Part shown: positions 1 to 9,283 of the stretch, one piece after another
How positions within the stretch are numbered: the stretch's first letter is position 1
Layout: the number at the start of each line of letters is the position of its first letter
DNA from: a bacterium
GTDB lineage: Bacteria > Hydrothermota > 32-111
Direction of reading: 5' to 3'
Assembly: GCA_050239825.1 (NCBI GenBank)
Contig: JBFXGO010000002.1
Span: 817 to 64,816 of the forward strand
Length of the DNA: 64,000 bases
Notes under the pieces: generated by a model
What the model was told of the DNA's origin: nothing
The model's input: the letters and a program-made list of their open reading frames with translations, nothing else
Database searches by the model: none
Translations under genes and position numbers: made by a program

Positions 1-292
1 TATATTTTAAGCCGTCAGCATAAATTTGACAATAAAGGTTTTTGGGCCATCTTCATTAAGATAAATCCGCTCTCCTGAATGAAATTATACTACTATTTTC
101 AGCAACTTTTAAGTGGCTTCAGTATAGTATTAACCCTATTGAAAAATCATACATTTTTTGAAAAAGTATCAGATTTTCTCTCTTATCATTTATTTAGAAC
201 ACATATTTGTCTATTTTAAATCTAAACCAAATGCCCTTCGGGCATGCCGATTATAAATTCAGAACCAAGGGTCAAAGAGCCAAGAACCAAGA

Positions 293-1228
293 TTATTCTG
301 AGGCGGCGCACCGGAACCCGTTACCGTAGTACATGTTGGCCGGATTACCGGAGTTGCGGTAGGCAGTGCGTATGCCGTAGCCATTGCCGCGCCACGAGCT
401 GCCGCGAAAAACTCTATAAGAACCACTGCTCGGGCCCTTTGGATTCTTGTATTCACTGGTTCTGTAATAACTCTCTCCATACCAGTCATTACTCCATTCC
501 CATACATTACCTGACATATCATAACACCCATAAGGACTCCTGCCTCTCTCATAACTCCCTATCGGTGATGTGTATCTGTAGCCATCTTCTGTTCCAGTAT
601 AATTGCATCTGTTTGTCCCAGGTTCTCCATCTCCCCAGGGGTACTTCCGAGAGTCCGTCCCCCTCGCCGCCTTCTCCCATTCCGCCTCTGTGGGTAACCG
701 TAATCCCGCCCAAGCACAATATGCCTTCGCATCATTCCAACTGACATTTACTACCGGATACTCCGGATAATTCGTGAAATAATAACTCGTTCCGTTAAAT
801 CCCGGATCTGGTGGGTAGCTCCTCCCTGTCTCGTCGCAGAACTTCTTATACTGTTTGTTTGTCACCTCATATTTCATCATATAGTACCCGTCAAGGTAAA
901 CTTTATGCACCGGCTTCTCGTCATCTTCTCCGCTCTCGCTTCCCATTGTAAACTCTCCCGCTGGTATGTATATCAAAACACTTCCGTCTTTATTATTTAT
1001 ATATTCTTTATAACCATATTCATTTGTTTTAAGGTATGTTTTTTTATAATAATCTATGATAATATTTCTTAAATCTACAGAAAGGATTACTAATAAAACT
1101 GTTAAAATTACTATCCATTTTACTTTATTAAGTTTCTTCCTTTTCTTATACTCTTCAGATTCTTTATACTTTGTTAACAGCTCGTCGTATATTTTTTGGC
1201 TTTTTGAATTTAAATTTTCTTTTAGCAT
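293..1228 (-). CDS. Membrane protein with a short Lys-rich cytoplasmic N-terminus, one TM helix and an extracytoplasmic non-catalytic FGE-sulfatase (SUMF1-like) domain; paralog A
   Basis: ORF translation carries FGE-sulfatase hallmarks (NVSWNDAKAYCAWAG, GNVWEWSNDWYGESYY, RVFRGSSW). Only one Cys sits near the C-terminus (FRCAASE), so the catalytic Cys pair of true FGE is absent. Hydrophobic stretch KWIVILTVLLVILSV follows a KK-rich N-terminus. Confidence 0.75.
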   Translation of the reverse strand: MLKENLNSKSQKIYDELLTKYKESEEYKKRKKLNKVKWIVILTVLLVILSVDLRNIIIDYYKKTYLKTNEYGYKEYINNKDGSVLIYIPAGEFTMGSESGEDDEKPVHKVYLDGYYMMKYEVTNKQYKKFCDETGRSYPPDPGFNGTSYYFTNYPEYPVVNVSWNDAKAYCAWAGLRLPTEAEWEKAARGTDSRKYPWGDGEPGTNRCNYTGTEDGYRYTSPIGSYERGRSPYGCYDMSGNVWEWSNDWYGESYYRTSEYKNPKGPSSGSYRVFRGSSWRGNGYGIRTAYRNSGNPANMYYGNGFRCAASE

Positions 1229-1234
1229 TTAATC

Positions 1235-4200
1235 TTATTCAAGCATTTTTATTAGTTCACCTGTATTCTTTATTCTCTTTTCTGCATCTTTTGCCAAACA
1301 GCCCTTTATTATATCTTTCATTTTTTGTTCCATATCATCATATTTTGGTTCTTCATATAAAACCTGTGTTGACAAAGCAAAAATATCCTCTCCTTCAAAA
1401 GGTAACCTTCCGGTTGACATTTCATACATCATTACTCCCATCGCCCATATATCCGCCTCTTTTCCTATTTCAATCTTTTCGGTGCGTGACATTGATTTCT
1501 TATATTGCTCTGGTGAAGCATAAGGGAATGTAAAATCGCCGCCTGTCGATGTAGTAGCTCCAAGAGTTTCCAGCTTTGCCGACCCAAAATCCGCTATTTT
1601 AATCATACCTTTTGAATTGAACATTATGTTTTCCGGTTTCAAATCTCGGTGAATCACTCCATTTTCATGTGCATAATTCAACCCCTTCAATATTGGTATT
1701 ATATAATTTTTCATCTGATCATATACCAAGCGCTCATGCTTTTTCAATTTGTTTCTCAAACTTCCATCATTCATATAATCCATTACATAATAGAAAAGAT
1801 CTTTTTCCATTCCTTCTTCAAATATCCTTATTATATTCTCATGATTCATCTTCTTCATCGCCTGTATTTCATTTTTAAAGTGCATAAGCTTTTTTTCGTC
1901 TTCAATTGTGGTATATGAAACTTTTATAGCAACTTCTTTGTTGTCTCTTATGTCTTTGCCAAGATATACTATCGCCTGACCGCCACCTCCCAATTTTTTT
2001 ATCTTGACATAATTACTGCCAAACCTTTCATTTTCCAGCAGAGACAGCCTTTCATTTACATCCTTGTAATTAATATCCACTACAGCAATTTTTTCCAACA
2101 CACCCTTTGCTCTGTCAAAGTCCCCCTTGTTCCATAAATCCAAAGCCAACATGTATTCTGTCTCTATGTTATCCTTCTTATCTTCGTATTTTGATGAAGT
2201 ATTTTCCTTTAAATTGTTTAATTTATTAATTCTTTCGTCTATGTCTTCAAATACAAAATCTATTGATGCGATTTTTTCATACAACCATTTTGCATAAGAA
2301 TATCCTCCATATTCTTCAAACATTCTAGCGATTCTGTAATACTCTTTTTTGTTCTCCTTGAGTGGCAAATGATTATTTAAAAGCATCTTTACATGTTCCA
2401 TTGAAGCTTCCATATATCCAGTCTTCATCAAAGTATTTACAAGCAATTTCCTTGCTTCAATTTTATATTTTTCATTGTCAATTAACTCCTGCAGCAGTAT
2501 GATGGCATTTTTTGTGAATCTAATGTTTTTCATATAGAGTTTCACAAGCTTCATTTTCAACTCTTCTTCCGTCATTTTATTTGCATATTCCATCTCATCC
2601 CTATCAAGATTACTCTCTTTTACAGGAGAGGCCTCATTAAAGGAATGCCCTGTCACATGCGCAAGTGCTTTGCGATTAATCCAGATTAACATTGATAATA
2701 TCTTCCCTTCTATTGTTTCCTTTAGGCCTAATCCATCTCTATCTGCGGTCATCTCTGCAAATTCTCGCGCTTCATAATAATTTTCATCTTGAATACAAAT
2801 CTTAATATGCAATAGAATGTCATCATATTTTGCACTTTGCCTGTCAACTATCTTCTTTGAGTATTTATACGCGCCGATTATATCTTTGCTTCTAAGTGCT
2901 TCATTCCTCAATATATAGTTTATTTTATGATTTTTAGATTCCTTTTTCTCCAATTCCCTGCACAGCAGTAATGCCATTTTTTTGTATGCCTCTACTTCAG
3001 AATACTTCTCAAGTATTAATTTCACAATGTTTTCCGATGATGCAATGCTATCCAATCTTGTTTCCAACACTGATATGAATGCCATATCTTGAACATTCTT
3101 AGATAAAAGTAAGTATGTTATTCTTTGGAATATAACTTCATTTGAATTACTTTTAATAGACAAATTTTTATGAAACAGAAGAATGAGCTGATTTGGTTGT
3201 AAGACTTTCAATGCGGCTTCATCAAAATATTCCGCATCGAGTTGGTTCTCAAGTGCGATATTCAAATAATTAAATGAGTCATCATCACTAAATCTCATAT
3301 TATTTGCTTTAATTGACTTCATCAATAAAGGCAGATTATTTTTATCCTTTTTTCGGTTAAATTCATTTAAGATATCCATCAATAAGTTAATATCATCCAC
3401 AAATATTCTGCCGACAGGCGAGTCTTTTAGCTTCAATACTTCATTGATAAATTCTCTGTTTTCAGAAAGGATTGATATGTTTTCAGCTATCCATTCATTT
3501 ATATTGTTTGCAAATAATAGTATTTTGATTAGACTTGTCATGTCATTTGTTTTCAGCAATTCATCAGCTATACTCCTGTAGTTTTCATATCTATTATTGT
3601 TTTTTATTATCCTATCTATCAATTCAGAGTAATTTACTTTATTCTTAACTGAAATTTCTGTTGAAAACAAAAGCAATTCATCATCTTCGTCATCAGAATT
3701 TAAGATCCTTTCATTCAACATCTTTATTTTGTTACCATCTTCTGCCTCATCAAATGATTTATACAAATTAATAATTGCTGATTTATTATTTTTTATATCT
3801 ATGATTGATAAATAATTTTCAAGCGTTTTATGTGTCGGAACGCCTCCATCCTTACATTCATAAACAAATTCCACCATAGTTGCTATTTCTTTACGCTTAT
3901 TAAATTTATTGAGAACGTCCAAAAGATTCTTTATACTTTCTTTTGAGAAAGTTTTTATACTGTCAGGTTCAACAACTAAAGCGTCTAATAAATTTTCACA
4001 GATATTGGTATTCTCTGACGATAGAATCGCCTCCAACTGCAGAAGCATTCTATCATCCAACCAAATGTCATCCTTGATTTCATACACATTGCTAAAAATA
4101 AATTTGACATTTCTGTTATCTGATAAAATCTTGTTTATTATTGATATTATCAACGGAGAGTATTTCCTGTTTATGCATTCTTTTAGAATTATCAGTAATG

Positions 4201-4711
4201 TTCTATCCTTGAAATGTAGCGAATTGTCTAAAATACTTTTATTGAATGATTTAAGTTCATCTAAACCTATTTCACTTAAAACCTTTTCTATTTCAATGAA
4301 ATCATTTAATCCGTCAGCGAAACTGATTTTTGCCAAGGTTGTAGTGGGGACAAATGATATACTATTTAAATACTTAAAATCACTTACATTTTTTGCCATT
4401 GAGAAAATATCGTTTTCATAGTAGTCTTTACTTATCCACGATTCCTTTGAAAATAAACGCGTAAGCTTTTCAAAGTTTTTTTCTTCTTTAAGATATTCTA
4501 TCAACCGTGAGAGTGCCTCGATTTTCCATTCAGCGTTCTTTAAATTAGAAATTTGATAGTAAGTGGAAATTGCCTCTTCAACTTTGTTGTCATTAATTTC
4601 TAAGATAAATCGCTTGTGAAGAAAATCGAATGATTTATTTCTATCATACTTACGATTGAAATAGATAATTATTATATAGGTTAAAAACAAAAGGATGGAT
4701 AATATAAGCAT
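1235..4711 (-). CDS. Membrane-anchored Hanks-type Ser/Thr protein kinase. N-terminal TM helix, then about 850 aa of uncharacterised helical region, then a C-terminal kinase domain.
   Basis: C-terminal kinase motifs: GGGGQAIVYLGKD...VAIK (Gly loop and Lys), HRDLKPENIMF (catalytic loop), IADFGSAK (DFG), PYASPEQ (APE-like). N-terminus MLILSILLFLTYIIIIYF is hydrophobic. Confidence 0.85.
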   Translation of the reverse strand: MLILSILLFLTYIIIIYFNRKYDRNKSFDFLHKRFILEINDNKVEEAISTYYQISNLKNAEWKIEALSRLIEYLKEEKNFEKLTRLFSKESWISKDYYENDIFSMAKNVSDFKYLNSISFVPTTTLAKISFADGLNDFIEIEKVLSEIGLDELKSFNKSILDNSLHFKDRTLLIILKECINRKYSPLIISIINKILSDNRNVKFIFSNVYEIKDDIWLDDRMLLQLEAILSSENTNICENLLDALVVEPDSIKTFSKESIKNLLDVLNKFNKRKEIATMVEFVYECKDGGVPTHKTLENYLSIIDIKNNKSAIINLYKSFDEAEDGNKIKMLNERILNSDDEDDELLLFSTEISVKNKVNYSELIDRIIKNNNRYENYRSIADELLKTNDMTSLIKILLFANNINEWIAENISILSENREFINEVLKLKDSPVGRIFVDDINLLMDILNEFNRKKDKNNLPLLMKSIKANNMRFSDDDSFNYLNIALENQLDAEYFDEAALKVLQPNQLILLFHKNLSIKSNSNEVIFQRITYLLLSKNVQDMAFISVLETRLDSIASSENIVKLILEKYSEVEAYKKMALLLCRELEKKESKNHKINYILRNEALRSKDIIGAYKYSKKIVDRQSAKYDDILLHIKICIQDENYYEAREFAEMTADRDGLGLKETIEGKILSMLIWINRKALAHVTGHSFNEASPVKESNLDRDEMEYANKMTEEELKMKLVKLYMKNIRFTKNAIILLQELIDNEKYKIEARKLLVNTLMKTGYMEASMEHVKMLLNNHLPLKENKKEYYRIARMFEEYGGYSYAKWLYEKIASIDFVFEDIDERINKLNNLKENTSSKYEDKKDNIETEYMLALDLWNKGDFDRAKGVLEKIAVVDINYKDVNERLSLLENERFGSNYVKIKKLGGGGQAIVYLGKDIRDNKEVAIKVSYTTIEDEKKLMHFKNEIQAMKKMNHENIIRIFEEGMEKDLFYYVMDYMNDGSLRNKLKKHERLVYDQMKNYIIPILKGLNYAHENGVIHRDLKPENIMFNSKGMIKIADFGSAKLETLGATTSTGGDFTFPYASPEQYKKSMSRTEKIEIGKEADIWAMGVMMYEMSTGRLPFEGEDIFALSTQVLYEEPKYDDMEQKMKDIIKGCLAKDAEKRIKNTGELIKMLE

Positions 4712-4712
4712 C

Positions 4713-6842
4713 TTAAACGCTCTTGAATAATTTACAATTTAACGCATCTTGAACTTCAGCAACATTATCAAATCTTTCTTCTTTTTTCTTGGCAAGGCAT
4801 TTTTTAACTATCATTACCAAATCATCATCCAATTCTGGGTTGATAAGTTTTGGATTCGGAATTTCTGCATCTCTGTGCATTAATGGAAGTTTATACACTT
4901 CATCTGGCACATACGGTGGAAATTTAACCAGCATGAAATACATTATTCCCCCCAGTGCATATATATCTGTCCTGTGGTCAACTTCTTTAGGATTAAAAAA
5001 CTGTTCCGGAGAGGAAAAGTAGGGAGTTCCAATGAAAGCAGTTGATTTTGTAAGTTTCAGAGAGCCGCTTGATGAAGTTGATGAAGCTGAAACTCTTGCA
5101 AGACCAAAATCTGTGATTACTGGAGATAAATCTTTTTTTATTATGATGTTATCCGGTTTTAAATCTCTATGAATGATTCTGTTGGGTTGATTGTGTATAT
5201 AATCCAGAGCACTGCAGATGCCGCAAGTGATTTTCAAAAAATCTTCTCTGTTGATAAAGCCCTGATTCTTTATGAATTCAGACAAAGAGACTCCGTCTAT
5301 GTATTCCATTACAAATAAATATTTATCCTCCCACAGCGCGTCATCGAGAATCTTAATGATGTTGGGATGATTAAGCCCGCTCATAACCTTTACTTCCCTG
5401 CGAAATCTTTCAACTACAATGGGATCTACACTAAGTGATGGCAATATTTCCTTTATGGCTACTTTTTTTCCTGTCTTAATTTCCTCACCCAGGATAACTC
5501 TTCCAATGCTTCCTCCTCCTATTTCTTTCTGAAATTTGTACTTATCCCAAAAGGTTTCCATGAGGCCTGACTTCTTTGGGTTGGAGAGTTCCTTAAATAT
5601 TTTAGAATCTATGGTTTCAGCCCTTTTAAGACAGAGCTTTTCTTTATCAAGCGTTCCTTTACTTATATAGGCCTTCGAGAGATTAACCAGCAATTCTATT
5701 ACTTCCTTAAGTTCGTATTTTTGCAGGTCTTTTTTTAATTCAGCATCTGTTAATTTATCCATCAGAGAAAATGATACATCCAGATTGCCTTTTTCAAAAA
5801 ACACTCTTGCCTTTAAAATTTCTATCTTCAAATTCATCTCTTTCACATCTTTAATCTTTTGCAGACACATAAGGCTTTTATCAAGGGCGCCCTGATTAAG
5901 ATAGATTTCCGCCAACGCATAATTTGCTTTATCATTAGAGTTATTAATCGCCAATGCTTTTATGAAACACTCGCTTGCTTTTTCTATATTTCCTGTCTTT
6001 TGATAGCATAACCCTTTTATAAAATATCCGTCAGAATTATTTTTATCTTCATCCAGAATCGAATCCATGAGCTTTATTACTTCAGAATACATGCCCTTTT
6101 TAAGATAGATATTTACAATCTCCTTTTTAGTTTCTACATTGAGATTACCACTTTCAAGGGCTTTCTTATAAAAATGCAGTTGAAAGCTCTCGTCGAAGGG
6201 ATTGTTTTTTGCTGCTTTTATATAAGCTTCTTGGGCTTTTTTAAAATCTCCTTTCTTTTCATAAAGTTCGCCTATTCTTTCATAGGCAAATCTGTTTGTT
6301 TTATCAATATTTATTGCTCTTTCATAGTATTCTATGGCTTTTGATTCCTGCCCTGTTATATAGAATATATTTGCTATTTTTGCCGATACTTCATGAGAAG
6401 CACCTTCTATCTTTTCCAATTTCAACAGACAATCCAATGCTTCCGAGTATGCCTGTTTTTTAATAAATTCCTCCGAAAGTTTGTCATATACAATTTTTAT
6501 GCTCTCTTCAATTTGCCTTTTGTATATGTTGTCACCCCCTATCAGTTCAATTTCCTCTATGGCATTTTCAAATGCTGTTTTAGCCCTTTCAAAGCTTCCT
6601 GATTGCATTAAATCATTAGCGTTTTTTATTTTTATCTCTATATTTTTCTTTTTCTCGTCATACTCTCTTCTCTTTCTTTCCCGCTCTTCATTAATTGCGG
6701 AAGAATCAATATAGTCTCTGTCGGAATTTGAATGTCCGTCATTTCTATTTTTATTTATCATATTTGAAGCAACTGTTGCTCCTGTGCCGAAAGCGGCTCC
6801 GGCAATTGCATATCCAATTACTACGGCGAGTAATTCCCACAT
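4713..6842 (-). CDS. Membrane-anchored Ser/Thr protein kinase with TPR repeats. N-terminal TM, TPR region, C-terminal kinase domain.
   Basis: Kinase motifs: GGGSIGRVILGEE, VAIKE, HRDLKPDNIII, TDFGLAR, GTPYFSSPEQ. Repeated TPR-like A/Y/F periodicity (AIEYYERAINID, AQEAYIKAAKNN). N-terminal hydrophobic segment WELLAVVIGYAIAGAAFG. Confidence 0.85.
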   Translation of the reverse strand: MWELLAVVIGYAIAGAAFGTGATVASNMINKNRNDGHSNSDRDYIDSSAINEERERKRREYDEKKKNIEIKIKNANDLMQSGSFERAKTAFENAIEEIELIGGDNIYKRQIEESIKIVYDKLSEEFIKKQAYSEALDCLLKLEKIEGASHEVSAKIANIFYITGQESKAIEYYERAINIDKTNRFAYERIGELYEKKGDFKKAQEAYIKAAKNNPFDESFQLHFYKKALESGNLNVETKKEIVNIYLKKGMYSEVIKLMDSILDEDKNNSDGYFIKGLCYQKTGNIEKASECFIKALAINNSNDKANYALAEIYLNQGALDKSLMCLQKIKDVKEMNLKIEILKARVFFEKGNLDVSFSLMDKLTDAELKKDLQKYELKEVIELLVNLSKAYISKGTLDKEKLCLKRAETIDSKIFKELSNPKKSGLMETFWDKYKFQKEIGGGSIGRVILGEEIKTGKKVAIKEILPSLSVDPIVVERFRREVKVMSGLNHPNIIKILDDALWEDKYLFVMEYIDGVSLSEFIKNQGFINREDFLKITCGICSALDYIHNQPNRIIHRDLKPDNIIIKKDLSPVITDFGLARVSASSTSSSGSLKLTKSTAFIGTPYFSSPEQFFNPKEVDHRTDIYALGGIMYFMLVKFPPYVPDEVYKLPLMHRDAEIPNPKLINPELDDDLVMIVKKCLAKKKEERFDNVAEVQDALNCKLFKSV

Positions 6843-7639
6843 TATAGCTCCTTCTTTCTTTTATTAACTGAAAGCAATTTGAACATTCTCCTGAAAGTAG
6901 GAAAATAGTCTTTAGGTTTATCCTTCTTTTCCATTTGGACAACTACTGCAGTGATATTATCTTCCCCTCCGGTTTCATTTGCTAAATCAATCAGATTCTT
7001 GACAGATTCCAAACCATTTTTTGAAACAATCTCCAAAATTTTCTCATCGTCGACCATATTGCTAAGTCCGTCCGAACAGAGCAAGAAAAAATCACCTATA
7101 TCATAATTTTCGATAAGTTTAATTTCACAAGAGTTATTACCCTTTGGATTACCAAAATACTTAGATATTATATGTCGCCAAGGATGCTCTTTTGCCTCTT
7201 CTTCAGTAATTTTCTTGTTTCTCAGCAGTTCGGCAATCATTGTCTGGTCGTGTGTCAATTGAGTTATCTTCCACTTTCTCTTCCTTTTGCTTATCTGGTA
7301 TATTCTGCTGTCGCCTAAATTTAATGTAACGATGCCCTTCATAGATTTCATCAACAGTACAAGCGTAGCACCCATTTTGTGGTATTTAGGATCGCTTTCG
7401 CCAGTTTTTACCAAAAGGTCATTTGTTATCGTACAAATTTGTGACAAATCAGTTTTTTTATTGTCAACTATTTCTTTTATAAACGAATTTATCACCATTT
7501 CACTTGCAACTTCACCCGAGTTGTGTCCTCCCATGCCATCCGAAACCATGTAAAGACAAATATCATCATTGATATAAAATTTGTCTTCATTATTCTCTTT
7601 TATTTTACCGATGTCAGTTAATCCCTTTGCTTTCATCAT
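6842..7639 (-). CDS. PP2C-family (PPM) Ser/Thr protein phosphatase
   Basis: PP2C motifs: LTDIGKIKENNEDKF, VSDGMGGHNSGEVAS, LCSDGLSN, ETGGEDNITAVVV. Start overlaps the stop of the upstream kinase gene by 1 bp. Confidence 0.85.
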   Translation of the reverse strand: MMKAKGLTDIGKIKENNEDKFYINDDICLYMVSDGMGGHNSGEVASEMVINSFIKEIVDNKKTDLSQICTITNDLLVKTGESDPKYHKMGATLVLLMKSMKGIVTLNLGDSRIYQISKRKRKWKITQLTHDQTMIAELLRNKKITEEEAKEHPWRHIISKYFGNPKGNNSCEIKLIENYDIGDFFLLCSDGLSNMVDDEKILEIVSKNGLESVKNLIDLANETGGEDNITAVVVQMEKKDKPKDYFPTFRRMFKLLSVNKRKKEL

Positions 7640-7751
7640 TCTCCTCTTTAATATTATATATTTTACTTTTTTAAATTATAAAGTCAACAATAATTGTGAA
7701 TTGTTTCTAATCTAAATTTAGAATCAATTATCAAAGAGCCAAGGACCAAGA

Positions 7752-8783
7752 TTATTCTGAGGCGGCGCACCGGAACCCGCCACCGTCGATCACGAAGGCC
7801 GGGTCAATGTTGCCGCGGTCGGCAGTGCGCATGTTGCCGACACCGCCGTACCACGAGCCGCCGCGAAGAACTCTTTCTGAGCCGCTATTCGGCCCCTTAG
7901 GATTCTTGTATTTACTGGTTCTGTAATAACTCTCTCCATACCTGTCATTACACCATTCCCATACATTACCTGACATATCATAACAGCCATAAGGACTCCT
8001 TCCATTCTCATAGCTTCCTACTGGGGATGTGTATTTGTAGCCGTCCTCTGTTCCCTCATAATTGCATCTGTTTGTTCCGGGGTTTTCATTACCCCATGGG
8101 TATTCCCTGCCATCCGTTCCCCTTGCCGCCTTCTCCCATTCCGCCTCTGTGGGTAACCTTAAATCCGCCCAATCGCAATATGCCTTCGCATCATTCCAAC
8201 TGACATTAACTACAGGATAATCTGGATAACTTGTAAAATAACTGCTCATTCCGTCAAATCTCGGTTCTGGTGGGTAGCTCCTCCCCGTCTCGTCGCAGAA
8301 CTTCTTATACTGTTTGTTTGTCACCTCATATTTCATTATGTAATACCCGTCAAGGTAAACTTTATGCACGGGTTTTTCGTCATCATAATCCCAGCTCCCC
8401 ATTGTAAACTCTCCGGCTGGTATATATATCAAGACACTCCCGTCTATCGAATTTTCATATTCATCATATCCGTTTGCATTCCTTTTTATTAGTGTTAGTG
8501 TTCTGGTAGAGACATTTAACATTAGATTAATAAATACTATGAATCCAATCAATAAGAGTCCAATAAAAAAACCTATTCTGTCAAACTCAAGAATGTTGAA
8601 CTTTAAAATAACCAGAGATACTAAGATATATAAGACCGGAAATGTAAAATTTATCAACCACTTAATTCTATTTACTTTCATCCTATTTTTAAACTCTTCA
8701 GATTCTTGATATTGAGTCAACAGCTCTTCATATCTTTTTTGGATTTCTTTGTCTAAATTAACTAAGTTTGTCATTTTATCCAT
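7752..8783 (-). CDS. Membrane protein with extracytoplasmic FGE-sulfatase (SUMF1-like) domain; paralog B
   Basis: Same motifs as 293-1228 (NVSWNDAKAYCDWAD, GNVWEWCNDRYGESYY, RVLRGGSW). Has two internal hydrophobic segments rather than one. Conserved cytoplasmic N-terminal motif YEELLTQYQESEEFKNR matches YDELLTKYKESEEYKKR in paralog A. Confidence 0.75.
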   Translation of the reverse strand: MDKMTNLVNLDKEIQKRYEELLTQYQESEEFKNRMKVNRIKWLINFTFPVLYILVSLVILKFNILEFDRIGFFIGLLLIGFIVFINLMLNVSTRTLTLIKRNANGYDEYENSIDGSVLIYIPAGEFTMGSWDYDDEKPVHKVYLDGYYIMKYEVTNKQYKKFCDETGRSYPPEPRFDGMSSYFTSYPDYPVVNVSWNDAKAYCDWADLRLPTEAEWEKAARGTDGREYPWGNENPGTNRCNYEGTEDGYKYTSPVGSYENGRSPYGCYDMSGNVWEWCNDRYGESYYRTSKYKNPKGPNSGSERVLRGGSWYGGVGNMRTADRGNIDPAFVIDGGGFRCAASE

Positions 8784-8988
8784 AAATTTCAGATTGCCAG
8801 GTAATTGTTGTTTTCACTTCTGTTTCCTAAAGTTAAAACTAAAGATAAAGAACTCCACATTGATTTTGGGAAAAAATCTTTCCCCCTATATACCTTTTTA
8901 AAACCTCCAATAATCCCATTTGTCTCCTTATGTTTAAATTGATTTTAATACTTTAATTTAAAAAGTCAATAATGATTAAATAAGTGAA

Positions 8989-9020
8989 TAATGGTTATTG
9001 GCAAAATAAAAGTTAACCGC
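8989..9020. repeat. Copy 1 of a 32-bp direct repeat (TAATGGTTATTGGCAAAATAAAAGTTAACCGC). Copy 2 lies at 9831-9862.
   Basis: 31/32 identical direct repeats about 840 bp apart, bracketing the gene fragment at 9284-9712. Confidence 0.6.
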
Positions 9021-9171
9021 TAATTTGATAGTTTTTCTTTGAATTAGAGTTTATTTTAAACCTCACTTATTTAATTTTTTGTGAGGCTTTATCAATCTCA
9101 TATCTCACGTATAATTTTTCTTTGACAATGTCCCATTCTGCCAGAACAAAGTAATTTATATACGATGACAA

Positions 9172-9241
9172 TAAAAAGGGGGCAGGGTGACAAGAGTTCT
9201 GAGCTTTCGCCCAAACTATGATTTTGAGTCTGCACCTGCCC
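9172..9241 (-). terminator. Possible minus-strand rho-independent terminator with a long interrupted stem (GGGCAGGTG...CACCCTGCCC), followed by a T-run on the minus strand
   Basis: Inverted repeat GGGCAGGGTG / CACCTGCCC. On the minus strand it is followed by CCTTTTTAT. Lies downstream of the minus-strand ORF 9284-9712. Confidence 0.3.
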
Positions 9242-9283
9242 TTATTTATATTTTATTCATTATTAAATAATTTTCAAGAGCAG

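Noticed and set aside
244-744. 166-aa plus-strand ORF and 97/62-aa minus-strand ORFs overlapping the FGE-domain gene. The same applies to 7790-8011.
   Set aside because: They are alternative-frame or antisense to a well-supported CDS with clear family motifs. Their compositions (Pro/Ser/Cys-rich) are typical of spurious frames.
1171-4421. Plus-strand ORFs 1171-1533, 1649-1918 and 3909-4421, antisense to the 1158-aa kinase gene
   Set aside because: They are antisense to a long, motif-supported CDS and have low-complexity Ile/Leu/Phe-rich translations. This is characteristic of AT-rich antisense frames.
293-8783. FGE-domain proteins as GldK/PorK-type T9SS core components
   Set aside because: GldK/PorK are about 450-aa lipoproteins with a lipobox and an N-terminal signal peptide. 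These are about 310-340 aa, have a cytoplasmic N-terminal tail plus TM helix, lack a lipobox, and are embedded in a kinase/phosphatase operon.
9150-9260. Possible small structured RNA (tmRNA, SRP or 6S-like) at the GGGCAGG...CCTGCCC hairpin
   Set aside because: It has no conserved motifs of SRP RNA (GGAA-type tetraloop context), tmRNA (tRNA-like ends, tag ORF) or 6S RNA. It is better explained as a minus-strand terminator with a long loop.
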